64,000 nucleotides of DNA from Bacteroidota bacterium (GTDB lineage: Bacteria > Bacteroidota > Bacteroidia > NS11-12g > UBA955), in assembly GCA_030834125.1 (NCBI GenBank), contig JAURFW010000001.1, forward strand, positions 4,821 to 68,820, given 5' to 3'. Shown here piece by piece: positions 9,518-18,870 of this stretch. Made by a program: the position numbers and the translations under genes. Numbering within the stretch: the stretch's first letter is position 1; the number at the start of each line of letters is the position of its first letter. Below the pieces are notes generated by a model. The model worked only from the letters and a program-made list of their open reading frames with translations, made no database searches and had not been told where the DNA came from.

Positions 9518-9958
9518 ATGAGGTTAAGTATTTTATTTTCCATGCTATTGATGATTATTTTATCGTGTAAAGACGATTTAATTAAATCCGGTGATCCTCA
9601 ACCCAAAATTCAATTCATTTCAATTAATCCTAATTCAGTTATTCAATTTCAAGATAGCGTTGTAATTACTATATCCTATGAGGATGGAGACGGAGATCTT
9701 GGTGATTATTCTGCTGATTCATTATCAATAAGTATTAGGGATACTCGGTTGTTAAAACCAGATTTTTATCATCTTAAACCATTAGCTCCTAAGGATGCCA
9801 ATATCAAAATCAAGGGTCAATTAGATATTAAACTTAAAAACCTATTTCTATTGGGGCAAGGAAAAGCAGAACAAACCCAGTTCGAAATAAAATTAAAGGA
9901 TAGAAATCAAAACTGGAGTAATACGGTAACTTCATCAACTATTGCTATTAATCGATAA
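9518..9958 (+). CDS. Small Ig-like lipoprotein, function unknown
   Basis: The ATG directly abuts the upstream stop. Lipobox MIILSCKDD is present, with a beta-rich sequence and the motif ISYEDGDGDLGD. Confidence 0.55.
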   Translation: MRLSILFSMLLMIILSCKDDLIKSGDPQPKIQFISINPNSVIQFQDSVVITISYEDGDGDLGDYSADSLSISIRDTRLLKPDFYHLKPLAPKDANIKIKGQLDIKLKNLFLLGQGKAEQTQFEIKLKDRNQNWSNTVTSSTIAINR

Positions 9959-9961
9959 TAA

Positions 9962-12900
9962 TTGAGAATTTCTAGGATTCTAAATATTGTAATTTTACTA
10001 TTAGGGATATTAAAAATTCCTTTAAATTCTTATGCGCAAACTCCAATGCAAAATGGTATATTTAGAATTTGCAATGGAAAAATAACTGATTCTGAAGAAG
10101 GCGATAATACTGGATATTATGATCATAATGAAAATTATATTATGACTTTATCAATGCCAGGCGCCAAGTCTATAAGTTTGAAATTTAATGCTTTTTGTAC
10201 TGAGTTAGATAATGATATACTTTCAATTTTTGATGGAAAGGATACGAATGCTACTCTAATTGGCCGTTATAGCGGCAGTTCCGGACCATCTACCGTTAAA
10301 AGTACCGATAGTTTTATTACTTTGCACTTTATTTCAGATAAATCAGTGGCATGTACTGGTTGGGATGCACAGGTAATAAATGATATCATCCCTCCTACTG
10401 CAGCAAAATTTTCAATCAAATCCGTTATTAATTGTCTTGATAGTGTTATTGATATTTTATTAGATAAGTTTATTGTTTGTGATTCATTTAATATATACAA
10501 TACAGATATTAATGGATTGACTATCAAATCAATAAATCCATTTAACTCATCAGATACTTTAAGTAATCGGTTTTTAATATCTATAGATGGTGGAATTCAG
10601 AAAAACGGAACATATACAATAAATCATACACATGGGTATCGTGATTATTGCGACAGTGTTTATTTTTTAAACTCAAAGCTGAATTTCTCAATTAAAGATT
10701 GTCCCATTTTTGTCGAATTAACATCTACTGCAGATACTATATGTAGAGGTGATTGTATCCGATTGTCAGCATCAGCAACTGGAGGACAATCTAGTCTTTA
10801 TAAATACAAATGGAATTTATCTTCAATCCCAGATACATCAATATGGGATTTCTGTCCTACTGCGACGACCAATGTAGTTGTTACTGTCTCCGATGGAAAT
10901 GCAATTCCAGATTCCGATTCTATAACTATAGTAGTTTTAGACCCACCAAAGGCACAAAATGATACCCAGTTGTGTTATTATGGTGATAATATTTTACTTA
11001 AAGCTTCTCCATCTGGTGGGTATTGGACTGGTCCGGGAATAGTTGATTCAAAAAAAGGAGAGTTTAAACCTTATGGTCAGTGGGGTTATAAGAGTGTAGT
11101 TTATCATATTGGAGATTGTACAGATACTGTTGTGATATATGTGTATCGACCCTATTGCTATGAAAATGTTTTTTGCCCAGGCAATACTCCGCTTCCCGTT
11201 TATTGGTATGGCCCTCCAGGTGGTTATTGGACCGGAGAAAATATTGACTCTATTGGAAGATATTTACCAGACTCTTCAGGAACTTTTACTGTTACCTATC
11301 ATTGGCAGGGTTGTTCGGCAGACAAGACTATAGTGGTTGAAGAAATTGATGTTCCTGCTTTCGATACTACCTGTGAGTCAGTAATTAGAGATACTTTAAA
11401 TTTTGAACCTAAAGGATTAATTCCATCATATTTTAAGGGGATTGTAAATTATTATTGGGGATGGTATAACCCAAGTATGATGGGTGGTCCAGGTAATTAT
11501 AATATTGTTTACAGAGGTCGCGGCAGTTGTAGTGACACTACTCAACTTACGGTATTACCTTGTTATGCAGGATTGGATGATACGATTTGTCCTTCTGTTG
11601 CAGCTCAAAAGCTTACAGGTTTTCGTGCATCTCCAGGTTATTTATGGGAAGGTTTGGGTATTGTTGATCCTAAATCTGGGATTTACGATCCATCTTTTAC
11701 TAAAAATGATTATGTAGATACCCTGGTTTTAAAAACTAAATTCTGTACAGACACTAAGCTCGTTTATATAATTAACACTAGAATTGAAATGCCGGATACA
11801 CTAGAAGTATGTAACGATTGGGATAGTGTTGATCTATCTAATATATTTAAAACTAGTGTTCCTGGTGGTGTTTGGAGTGGAATTACTGTTAAGTTCGGGA
11901 AATGGTTTTATCCAAATAAATTATCTCCGGGATATTATTCTGTAGGGTATAAAAAGAATAATTGTGAAGATTTTGCCACTATTAAAGTTCTACCAGCCCC
12001 GTTAATTATGAATGATACTCACCTTTGCGAAGATGTTAATTATTTGAATTTACTTAGTAAGGAACCGGGAAAGTATTATGGTGACTATATTTGGGGCAAT
12101 AGCATGCAAAGATTTTATCCGAAATCAGCGGGTAAAGGTTTACATGAAATTGGCTTTTTATCAGATCGGGGTTGTAGAGATACAATGTTAGTTCTACTCG
12201 ATAGTTTAACTACAATTGATAAGACCCAATTACCTTCTGTATTATGTTTTAATAGCAGTGTTTACAATCCAGTTATTAAACCATTGGGAGGAAAATATAT
12301 TATTAATTTGGATACTTTTAGTAATTGGATTACTTCAAATTGGGGAAGTGGGAATCATCTAGTAAAATATCATTATTCTGAGGGCCTATGCATCTCTAAG
12401 GATTCTTTTACAGTAAAAGTATTAGATACGTTGAAGGTAATACCCATTATATCTGATGATAGTGTTTGTTATGGTGAAAGCATAGTACTGCAAGCAAACG
12501 GATTTGGGGGTAACGGCAATTACACTTTCGATTGGTCTCATGGTCAATCAGGCGCAAAGGTTTTTGCTAATCCATCCCAGAACACCAACTATATAGTAAC
12601 TATAAGTGATGGATGCAGTGATAATGATAATGATGAAATTGATGTTGTTATACACCCAAGAATGTGGCTAGATTGTATAACTAGTGCACCAGTTTGTTAT
12701 GGAAATAATGGATTTATATACGTTCAACTGCAAAGTGGAAATGAATCCGAAATAATATGGGATTACCCAGGAATAATTGTAAATGATACTTTTTTTGCCC
12801 CAAGTGGTTCTTGGTATAAGGCATTTATAAGCGATGCTGAAACAGGATGTTTTACCGATACAAATATTTACATTGATGGATTTTCAGCAGTACAGGCTGA

Positions 12901-13435
12901 TTTCATTCTTCCTCCACCAATTTCCGGTAATTGCTATTCCCCGTTGGATAAATCGATAGTAATTTCTGATGCATCTTTAGGAGCCAGCAAAGGGCAATGG
13001 ATATTAAACGGTCAATATTTTGCAGATTATTCAGTTAACCCATCTCCTATTGTTGGATTCGATGCAAATTTATCAACGCATAGTATAGAATTAATTGTAG
13101 AAAATGATGGAGGATGTAAAGATACTGCAAATAAAAATGTATGTTTTCGCGATACAGTAATCATTTATATGCCCAATGCATTCTCACCAGATGGAAACAG
13201 TCTCAATGATGAATATAAATGGTTTACAGTTGGTGCAACGGAAGTTAATGTATTAGTATATAACCGATGGGGTGAAATCGTTTTTGAAAGCAAAGATGTA
13301 AATGGCTCATGGGATGGTTGTTATAAAAATGTGGATTGTCCAGAAGGAGTGTATTTGGTTTATATTGAATATCGAGGTAATAAAAAGGCAAGAAGACAAA
13401 AAGTTCAATCGGTTCTTTTGATGAGGGATAAATAA
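9962..13435 (+). CDS. 1157-aa surface protein: N-terminal CUB-like domain, Cys-rich Ig-like repeats, T9SS type-B (gliding-motility-associated) C-terminal domain
   Basis: TTG start 3 nt after the upstream stop, with a signal peptide ending ...LNSYAQ. A CUB-like block spans aa 37-138. The C-terminus PNAFSPDGNSLNDEY...VYNRWGEIVFES...WDG...GVYLVYIEY matches the type-B CTD consensus. Confidence 0.75.
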   Translation: MRISRILNIVILLLGILKIPLNSYAQTPMQNGIFRICNGKITDSEEGDNTGYYDHNENYIMTLSMPGAKSISLKFNAFCTELDNDILSIFDGKDTNATLIGRYSGSSGPSTVKSTDSFITLHFISDKSVACTGWDAQVINDIIPPTAAKFSIKSVINCLDSVIDILLDKFIVCDSFNIYNTDINGLTIKSINPFNSSDTLSNRFLISIDGGIQKNGTYTINHTHGYRDYCDSVYFLNSKLNFSIKDCPIFVELTSTADTICRGDCIRLSASATGGQSSLYKYKWNLSSIPDTSIWDFCPTATTNVVVTVSDGNAIPDSDSITIVVLDPPKAQNDTQLCYYGDNILLKASPSGGYWTGPGIVDSKKGEFKPYGQWGYKSVVYHIGDCTDTVVIYVYRPYCYENVFCPGNTPLPVYWYGPPGGYWTGENIDSIGRYLPDSSGTFTVTYHWQGCSADKTIVVEEIDVPAFDTTCESVIRDTLNFEPKGLIPSYFKGIVNYYWGWYNPSMMGGPGNYNIVYRGRGSCSDTTQLTVLPCYAGLDDTICPSVAAQKLTGFRASPGYLWEGLGIVDPKSGIYDPSFTKNDYVDTLVLKTKFCTDTKLVYIINTRIEMPDTLEVCNDWDSVDLSNIFKTSVPGGVWSGITVKFGKWFYPNKLSPGYYSVGYKKNNCEDFATIKVLPAPLIMNDTHLCEDVNYLNLLSKEPGKYYGDYIWGNSMQRFYPKSAGKGLHEIGFLSDRGCRDTMLVLLDSLTTIDKTQLPSVLCFNSSVYNPVIKPLGGKYIINLDTFSNWITSNWGSGNHLVKYHYSEGLCISKDSFTVKVLDTLKVIPIISDDSVCYGESIVLQANGFGGNGNYTFDWSHGQSGAKVFANPSQNTNYIVTISDGCSDNDNDEIDVVIHPRMWLDCITSAPVCYGNNGFIYVQLQSGNESEIIWDYPGIIVNDTFFAPSGSWYKAFISDAETGCFTDTNIYIDGFSAVQADFILPPPISGNCYSPLDKSIVISDASLGASKGQWILNGQYFADYSVNPSPIVGFDANLSTHSIELIVENDGGCKDTANKNVCFRDTVIIYMPNAFSPDGNSLNDEYKWFTVGATEVNVLVYNRWGEIVFESKDVNGSWDGCYKNVDCPEGVYLVYIEYRGNKKARRQKVQSVLLMRDK

Positions 13436-13459
13436 TAATTAACCCCGTACTTTGCAGAA

Positions 13460-14995
13460 GTGATTGCTTCTCATTGGGTATATAGAATTTGGGCAGAACA
13501 ATATTTATCGCCATTAATTGATACAAAATTTGATCTTGGAATAAGTTTTAGTTCGGATTTATTAAGCCTGAAATTTAGTTCAAATGATTTATTACATTTT
13601 ATTGATTGTAAGTGGGTTGATGGTGAGCTATTGCTTTCTAATGGAAATGAAATCAAGGAGTCGTCTAAAAATAAAAAGAATGCGCTCGTTCAATTAAAAG
13701 CATTAAATGGAGAGATTGTAAAATCTGTTTCACTAATGTTCTTAGATCGCTTGGTTAGGATCGACTTCTCCAATAACTTTAAACTTGTTTTTAAAGGCTT
13801 CGGAAGATTTTCAAACGTTATTTTATTAGGGTCTAATAATTCAGTGGTTCAAGTTTTTCGTTTAAATTTTAAGGAAGATTGGAATTTTATCCTTGACGAA
13901 AATGATGAGCGGTGGTGGGAATTAAATAAACCAATTAATCCTACTGCTTTGAAGGAATATCTTATTAAATTTAAAAATATTATATCAAAAGATGAAGTTT
14001 TCTGGGATTGCTTTGATTTTAATAAATTCTTTGAAAGTTACGCCAATTTGGATATGAAATTTCAATATTCAAATGGCAAAATAGAACTAGTTGAATATGG
14101 TATAGAAATATCAAAAAAATCAGTTTTTGAAAATATCGATAAGATTATAAAACAATTAGTTAAGGCATATTACTTCAATAGTAAATATAGATTATTAAAA
14201 ACTGATTTAATAAAGAAGTTAACAAAGTTAAATTCGTACAACACAGGTCTTCAACAACAAAGGTCTATTTTGCAAGAAAGAAGAAGTTATAAAGAAATTG
14301 GAGATCTTGTAATGAGCAATGCTCACAGTATTAAAAAAGGGGTTTCAGAAGCATTGATAACTGATTATTTTACAGGTAATCGAATAAGGATAAAGCTAAA
14401 TAAAGAACTTACTGCTTCTCAGAATGCTGAGAAGTTTTACAAAAAGGCGAAAAATGAGTCTTTAGAATTGGCTGCAATTGAAGAGAAATTGAACAATACG
14501 GCGGAATTAATCTCTAAAACGAATAATGATCTAGAAGAACTAAGTAAAGTTACAACACTTACAGATTTTCAAAATCTGAAATTCTCTTTAAAAGAGAAAG
14601 CTGCGAGTCCTGGAAAACAAAACCAGTCTACAGCTAGGAAATATTCATGGAATGGAATTGAATTTTGGGTTGGTAAAAATGCAAAGAGTAATGATTGGAT
14701 CCTCAGAAATGCTACAAAAAATGATATTTGGATGCATGCATCTGGTGTTGCGGGTTCTCATGGATTAATTAGAAAAATCAATTTATCACAATTGAAAAAT
14801 AAAGACCTAGAAATAGCGGCAAGCATTACAGCATTCTATTCGAAAGGTAAAAATCAAGCGTTGCAAACAGTAATGTATGCAGAACGAAAGTTTGTATCAA
14901 AGATAAAAGGCGGTAATGCAGGACAGGTTAAGGTTCAAAAATGGGAGACCATAGATGTTGAACCGAAGGATTTTGTAAAATTTATTCAATCGTAA
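13460..14995 (+). CDS. NFACT-family RNA-binding protein (RqcH/FbpA-like, DUF814)
   Basis: The C-terminal GIEFWVGKNAKSNDWILRNATKNDIWMHASGVAGSHGLIRK is the NFACT-R/DUF814 signature, preceded by a coiled-coil middle and an NFACT-N-like N-terminus. The GTG start is assumed. Confidence 0.7.
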   Translation: MIASHWVYRIWAEQYLSPLIDTKFDLGISFSSDLLSLKFSSNDLLHFIDCKWVDGELLLSNGNEIKESSKNKKNALVQLKALNGEIVKSVSLMFLDRLVRIDFSNNFKLVFKGFGRFSNVILLGSNNSVVQVFRLNFKEDWNFILDENDERWWELNKPINPTALKEYLIKFKNIISKDEVFWDCFDFNKFFESYANLDMKFQYSNGKIELVEYGIEISKKSVFENIDKIIKQLVKAYYFNSKYRLLKTDLIKKLTKLNSYNTGLQQQRSILQERRSYKEIGDLVMSNAHSIKKGVSEALITDYFTGNRIRIKLNKELTASQNAEKFYKKAKNESLELAAIEEKLNNTAELISKTNNDLEELSKVTTLTDFQNLKFSLKEKAASPGKQNQSTARKYSWNGIEFWVGKNAKSNDWILRNATKNDIWMHASGVAGSHGLIRKINLSQLKNKDLEIAASITAFYSKGKNQALQTVMYAERKFVSKIKGGNAGQVKVQKWETIDVEPKDFVKFIQS

Positions 14996-15083
14996 AATAT
15001 AGATTTACAATTGATTTAATTCGATGGTGTGATTTTTTTGAATTTTTTTTCAAAATACTGCAATCAATAATCAATTCTTTATC

Positions 15084-15091
15084 TATATTTG
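15084..15091 (+). promoter_or_regulatory. Bacteroidota -7 promoter box for tRNA-Val
   Basis: TATATTTG lies 18 nt upstream of the mature tRNA 5' end. Confidence 0.5.
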
Positions 15092-15109
15092 CACTCCCTA
15101 AAGCAAAAA

Positions 15110-15184
15110 GGGAGCTTAGCTCAGTTGGTTCAGAGCATCTGCCTTACAAGCAGAGGGTCACAGGTTCGAATCCTGTAGCTCCCA
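15110..15184 (+). tRNA. tRNA-Val (anticodon TAC)
   Basis: A 75-nt cloverleaf folded by hand. Acceptor stem GGGAGCT/AGCTCCC and D stem GCTC/GAGC. Anticodon stem TCTGC/GCAGA with loop CTTACAA. T arm ACAGG-TTCGAAT-CCTGT and discriminator A. CCA is not encoded. Confidence 0.92.
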
Positions 15185-15194
15185 CAAAAAAAAA

Positions 15195-15226
15195 GAGCCT
15201 CGCGAAAGCGGGGCTTTTCTTATTTT
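15195..15226 (+). terminator. Rho-independent terminator after tRNA-Val
   Basis: AGCCTCGC-GAAA-GCGGGGCT forms an 8-bp stem with one G-U pair and a GNRA loop, followed by TTTTCTTATTTTT. Confidence 0.75.
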
Positions 15227-15322
15227 TAGAATTCACAGTATTATTTTGCGTTTTTAATATAACTGAGTTTTTAAGTTCAAATCTCTACTCCTTTAATTTT
15301 TCTTCACTCAATCATTATTGCT

Positions 15323-15330
15323 TAAATTTG
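15323..15330 (+). promoter_or_regulatory. Bacteroidota -7 promoter box
   Basis: TAAATTTG ends 5 nt before ATG 15336. It lies inside the TTG-extended ORF, which favours the ATG start. Confidence 0.4.
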
Positions 15331-15335
15331 TGATT

Positions 15336-16403
15336 ATGGAAAAAAGCTCGAAAGATTTCTTGCATCGTTATTTGGATAATGTTAGCCCTACTGGTTTTGA
15401 ATCTTCAGGACAGAAAATTTGGTTAAATTATTTAAAGTCATTTATCGATGAAGAATTTGTGGATGTATATGGTACAGCGGTTGGGGTGATTAACCCGGGT
15501 AAAGATTTTAAAGTTGTGATAGAAGCACATGCGGATGAAATTAGTTGGTTTGTTAATTATATTACTGATGATGGTTACCTTTACGTAATTAGAAATGGCG
15601 GTAGTGATTTTCAAATAGCTCCTAGCATGAGATGCCATGTTTATACTGAAAATGGGGAGGTTATAAAAGGCGTTTTTGGATGGCCTGCTGTACATGTTCG
15701 TCACGATAAGAATCCAGAAGCTAAGCAAGAAAATATTTTTATAGATATTGGATGTTCGTCAAAGGAAGAAGTTGAAAAAAGAGGTATTCATATAGGTTCC
15801 GTCGCAGTATTTGAAGCAAATTCAGAGTGGTTAACGGATGATTATTTAATTGCAAGAGCATTAGATAATCGTATCGGCGGATTTATGATTGCCGAAGTTG
15901 CTAGAAAAATAAAAGAAAACAATATAGAACTACCCTTTAGTCTTTATGTGGTTAACAGCGTTCAGGAAGAAATAGGTTTACGCGGTGCAGAAATGATTTC
16001 AAGGAGAATAAATCCAGATGTTGCTATTGTTACTGATGTAACTCATGATACTTATTCCCCACTCTACAATAAAAAGAAACAGGGTGATTGTAAATGCGGA
16101 CGAGGTCCAGTAGTTTCTTATGGTCCAGCAGTACAAAATAACCTACTAAAGCATATTATCGATACTTCTAAAGAAAAAGAAATCTCCATACAACGCACTG
16201 CCGCTAGTCGTTCAACTGGAACTGATACCGATGCTTTTGCTTATTCTGCATCTGGTGTAGCCTCTGCACTAATTTCTCTACCATTAAAGTACATGCATAC
16301 AACTGTAGAAATGGTGCATAAAGACGATATTCAAGGTTGTATAGATTTAATTTATTATTCTGTAATTGGATTAGAATCAGGTCAACGTTTTAACTATTTA
16401 TAA
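15336..16403 (+). CDS. M42 family metallopeptidase (glutamyl aminopeptidase / FrvX-like)
   Basis: EAHADEISW, ALDNRIGG and VQEEIGLRGA metal-ligand motifs are typical of M42. The start is set at ATG (MEKSSKDF...). Confidence 0.8.
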   Translation: MEKSSKDFLHRYLDNVSPTGFESSGQKIWLNYLKSFIDEEFVDVYGTAVGVINPGKDFKVVIEAHADEISWFVNYITDDGYLYVIRNGGSDFQIAPSMRCHVYTENGEVIKGVFGWPAVHVRHDKNPEAKQENIFIDIGCSSKEEVEKRGIHIGSVAVFEANSEWLTDDYLIARALDNRIGGFMIAEVARKIKENNIELPFSLYVVNSVQEEIGLRGAEMISRRINPDVAIVTDVTHDTYSPLYNKKKQGDCKCGRGPVVSYGPAVQNNLLKHIIDTSKEKEISIQRTAASRSTGTDTDAFAYSASGVASALISLPLKYMHTTVEMVHKDDIQGCIDLIYYSVIGLESGQRFNYL

Positions 16404-16406
16404 ATC

Positions 16407-17303
16407 ATGTATAAATCGGAAATACCAAATTCCAGTATCTCTTTTAAACTGTTGGTATTTCCGTTTTTTTGGCTTTTGTCAAAACTTCCTATAACTTTCC
16501 TCAAAGGATTAAGCAATATCTTTTATTACATTTTATATTATATCCTCAGATATAGACGGAAGGTAGTACGAGAAAATCTGAAAAATAGTTTCCCAAGTTG
16601 GTCGGATTCTCAACTTTTATCAATTGAGAAGAAATTTTTTAAATACCTTTCAGATCTAATCTTTGAAATAATTAAAGGGATTTCAATAACAGGTGAAGAG
16701 ATTGATAAAAGAATATCTAATAAAAGCATACCTCTTTACGATAAACTATTCAATGAAAATCAATCTATTATTGTGGCATTAAGTCATTCAGGCAATTGGG
16801 AATGGGTTTCTCTAATTTCACAAAGAACAGTGAAATTCCAAGTTTACATTACTTACAAACCGCTTTCTAACAAAAACTTCAATTGGTTAATGTACATAAC
16901 TCGTAGTAAGTTTAATGCACTTCCAGTACCAATGAATGAAACTTTAAGGCAATTAAATGTAAATAAAGAGCTGAATATAAAAACCATAACAGCATTAGTA
17001 GCCGATCAAAATCCTGCTTCTGCAAAGGGTGCCCAATGGGAATCGTTTTTAGCTCAAGATACCGCTTTTTTAAATGGACCAGGGAAATTGTCAAAAAGAT
17101 TTAGTATGCCAGTTGTTTATTTTAAATGTAAACGATTAGCAAGATTTAAATATGCCACTGAATCTAAAATAATTGTTTCTGATTCTTCAAATTACTCATC
17201 TGAAGAAATAAATCGTATGATTATTTGTGAAATGGAGAAGGATATATTAGAACAACCAGAAATATGGTTGTGGAGCCATAAGAGATGGAAACATTCTCGA
17301 TAA
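16407..17303 (+). CDS. Lipid A biosynthesis late acyltransferase (LpxL/HtrB family)
   Basis: N-terminal membrane anchor, the HSGNWEW catalytic motif (HxGNWE), and a size of 298 aa. Confidence 0.75.
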   Translation: MYKSEIPNSSISFKLLVFPFFWLLSKLPITFLKGLSNIFYYILYYILRYRRKVVRENLKNSFPSWSDSQLLSIEKKFFKYLSDLIFEIIKGISITGEEIDKRISNKSIPLYDKLFNENQSIIVALSHSGNWEWVSLISQRTVKFQVYITYKPLSNKNFNWLMYITRSKFNALPVPMNETLRQLNVNKELNIKTITALVADQNPASAKGAQWESFLAQDTAFLNGPGKLSKRFSMPVVYFKCKRLARFKYATESKIIVSDSSNYSSEEINRMIICEMEKDILEQPEIWLWSHKRWKHSR

Positions 17304-17309
17304 TTTTTC

Positions 17310-17317
17310 TATATTTG
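17310..17317 (+). promoter_or_regulatory. Bacteroidota -7 promoter box
   Basis: TATATTTG lies 16 nt upstream of ATG 17334. Confidence 0.45.
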
Positions 17318-17333
17318 TAAATAACGATAAAGT

Positions 17334-17663
17334 ATGAAAAACAAACAGTTTTTTGAGGACTCGGTAAATCAACTATCGGATTTAACGAAAGCCATAGGAC
17401 ATCCAGCTAGGATCCAAGTATTGTTATATTTAAAAGAGAACGGCTCAAGTACCTGTCAAAATTTGGTAGATGCACTACCATATTCTCAGAGTACTGTTTC
17501 TGGTCATCTTCAAAAACTGAAAGATGCAGGATTGATAGTTATGAAATCAAAACAAACTTCTTCAATTTATTCAATCAAAAAAGATGTATTAGTTGATTTG
17601 AATGCCCTTTTCCAGTCAGTATTTGGATTAACTCCCGAAAGAAATCAACTTTCCCTATTTTAA
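17334..17663 (+). CDS. ArsR/SmtB-family HTH transcriptional regulator
   Basis: LTKAIGHPARIQVLLYL...STCQNLVDALPYSQSTVSGHLQKLKDAGLI is a winged-helix ArsR pattern. No CxC metal site is present. Confidence 0.8.
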   Translation: MKNKQFFEDSVNQLSDLTKAIGHPARIQVLLYLKENGSSTCQNLVDALPYSQSTVSGHLQKLKDAGLIVMKSKQTSSIYSIKKDVLVDLNALFQSVFGLTPERNQLSLF

Positions 17664-18868
17664 CGACGATAATCGTCAATTATCATCCCTGTAAGCAGTT
17701 TGGGTTCTATAAAAGTTGATTTTGGTGGCATTATATTCTTTTCATCCGCAATTTTTCTAATCTCTGTCATTGTATTTGGATGAAATAGAAATGCAATTTC
17801 GCCTTTGCCTTCAATTAAAGTTTGCTGAATATCTTTAACGGGATCATCTCCCCTAACAAATGAAATTCGATCATCACTGGAACTGTCATAAATCCCAAGT
17901 GCAGGTTTAAGAATTTCATCTTCAAATAAAGAGATGTCTAATGATTTAAGAGCACTTGCATCCTCACTTGGAACTTTCAAATCAAGTAAGATTCTACGTT
18001 CCTTTGTTATGCATAATACACTTCTAAGCGGAATTTGTGAATAATCTACTATGTTATTAGATTCAACGTAATCAAAGTTTTGGCTATCTAAGTAGTTGAA
18101 TACCAACTCTGGATTGACATGTTTTAAAACTCTATAAAATGGCTTTATTAACACCTGAGACTCATCCATAACTAAGGCCATTATCCCTTGATTTGTATTT
18201 TTACCAAATTCCGATTCAATATATTTAGCCACGCTAGAAATTCTATGGTGCCCATCAGCAATATATAATGAGTCAATACCTTCAAAAGCATTCTGTATTA
18301 AGTCATTTGTGTTATTAATTATCCATAATTGGTGTGTGTTAAAGTACTCGTCGGTTACGCTAAGATATGGATCTGAAATTAGTATTTCTTCAGAGAATTC
18401 TTGAAGTTCTGATGGAAGATTTTGTGTAAGTAACACAGGTTCAGCCATTGATTGTAATACTTTTACATGTTTTATAAGTCTATCTTCTTTAGCTTTAATA
18501 GTATTTTCGTGTTTTTTTATTTTACCGTTAAAATAATCATTGATGTCAACTCCCAAAATCCATCCACAAAGATCAACCCCAGAATGATGTTGCTGACGAT
18601 ATAAATAAAATGCCTCAGATTTTGACTCGATTAAATTCGAGTCAATTAGATTATTTAAAAAATCTAAACTACAACGGTAAAATGCATCAGTACCCTGTTC
18701 TATTTCATGATGTACAAACTGAGGTTTTACAACACGTATATAATTATTTTCAAGCTTTAATGCTTTTGCTTGTAATACATTACTCGGAATTTTACCCGAA
18801 CCAAGTGTTGCAATTTCATTGACAGTTTCTGGTTTTGGTAATAAGGTTTTTAGAGGATAAACCCACAT
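17660..18868 (-). CDS. DUF1015 family protein (function unknown)
   Basis: 402 aa with the conserved SLYIADGHHR motif. It starts 2 nt after the serA stop. Confidence 0.7.
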   Translation of the reverse strand: MWVYPLKTLLPKPETVNEIATLGSGKIPSNVLQAKALKLENNYIRVVKPQFVHHEIEQGTDAFYRCSLDFLNNLIDSNLIESKSEAFYLYRQQHHSGVDLCGWILGVDINDYFNGKIKKHENTIKAKEDRLIKHVKVLQSMAEPVLLTQNLPSELQEFSEEILISDPYLSVTDEYFNTHQLWIINNTNDLIQNAFEGIDSLYIADGHHRISSVAKYIESEFGKNTNQGIMALVMDESQVLIKPFYRVLKHVNPELVFNYLDSQNFDYVESNNIVDYSQIPLRSVLCITKERRILLDLKVPSEDASALKSLDISLFEDEILKPALGIYDSSSDDRISFVRGDDPVKDIQQTLIEGKGEIAFLFHPNTMTEIRKIADEKNIMPPKSTFIEPKLLTGMIIDDYRR

Positions 18869-18870
18869 TT

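Noticed and set aside
13436-13459. The NFACT/RqcH-like gene could be a seventh member of the envelope operon, since the gap is only 24 nt.
   Set aside because: It is a cytoplasmic ribosome-quality-control-type protein with no export signal, unlike the six upstream products. Proximity alone is weak evidence. Read-through co-transcription cannot be excluded, but a functional link is not supported.
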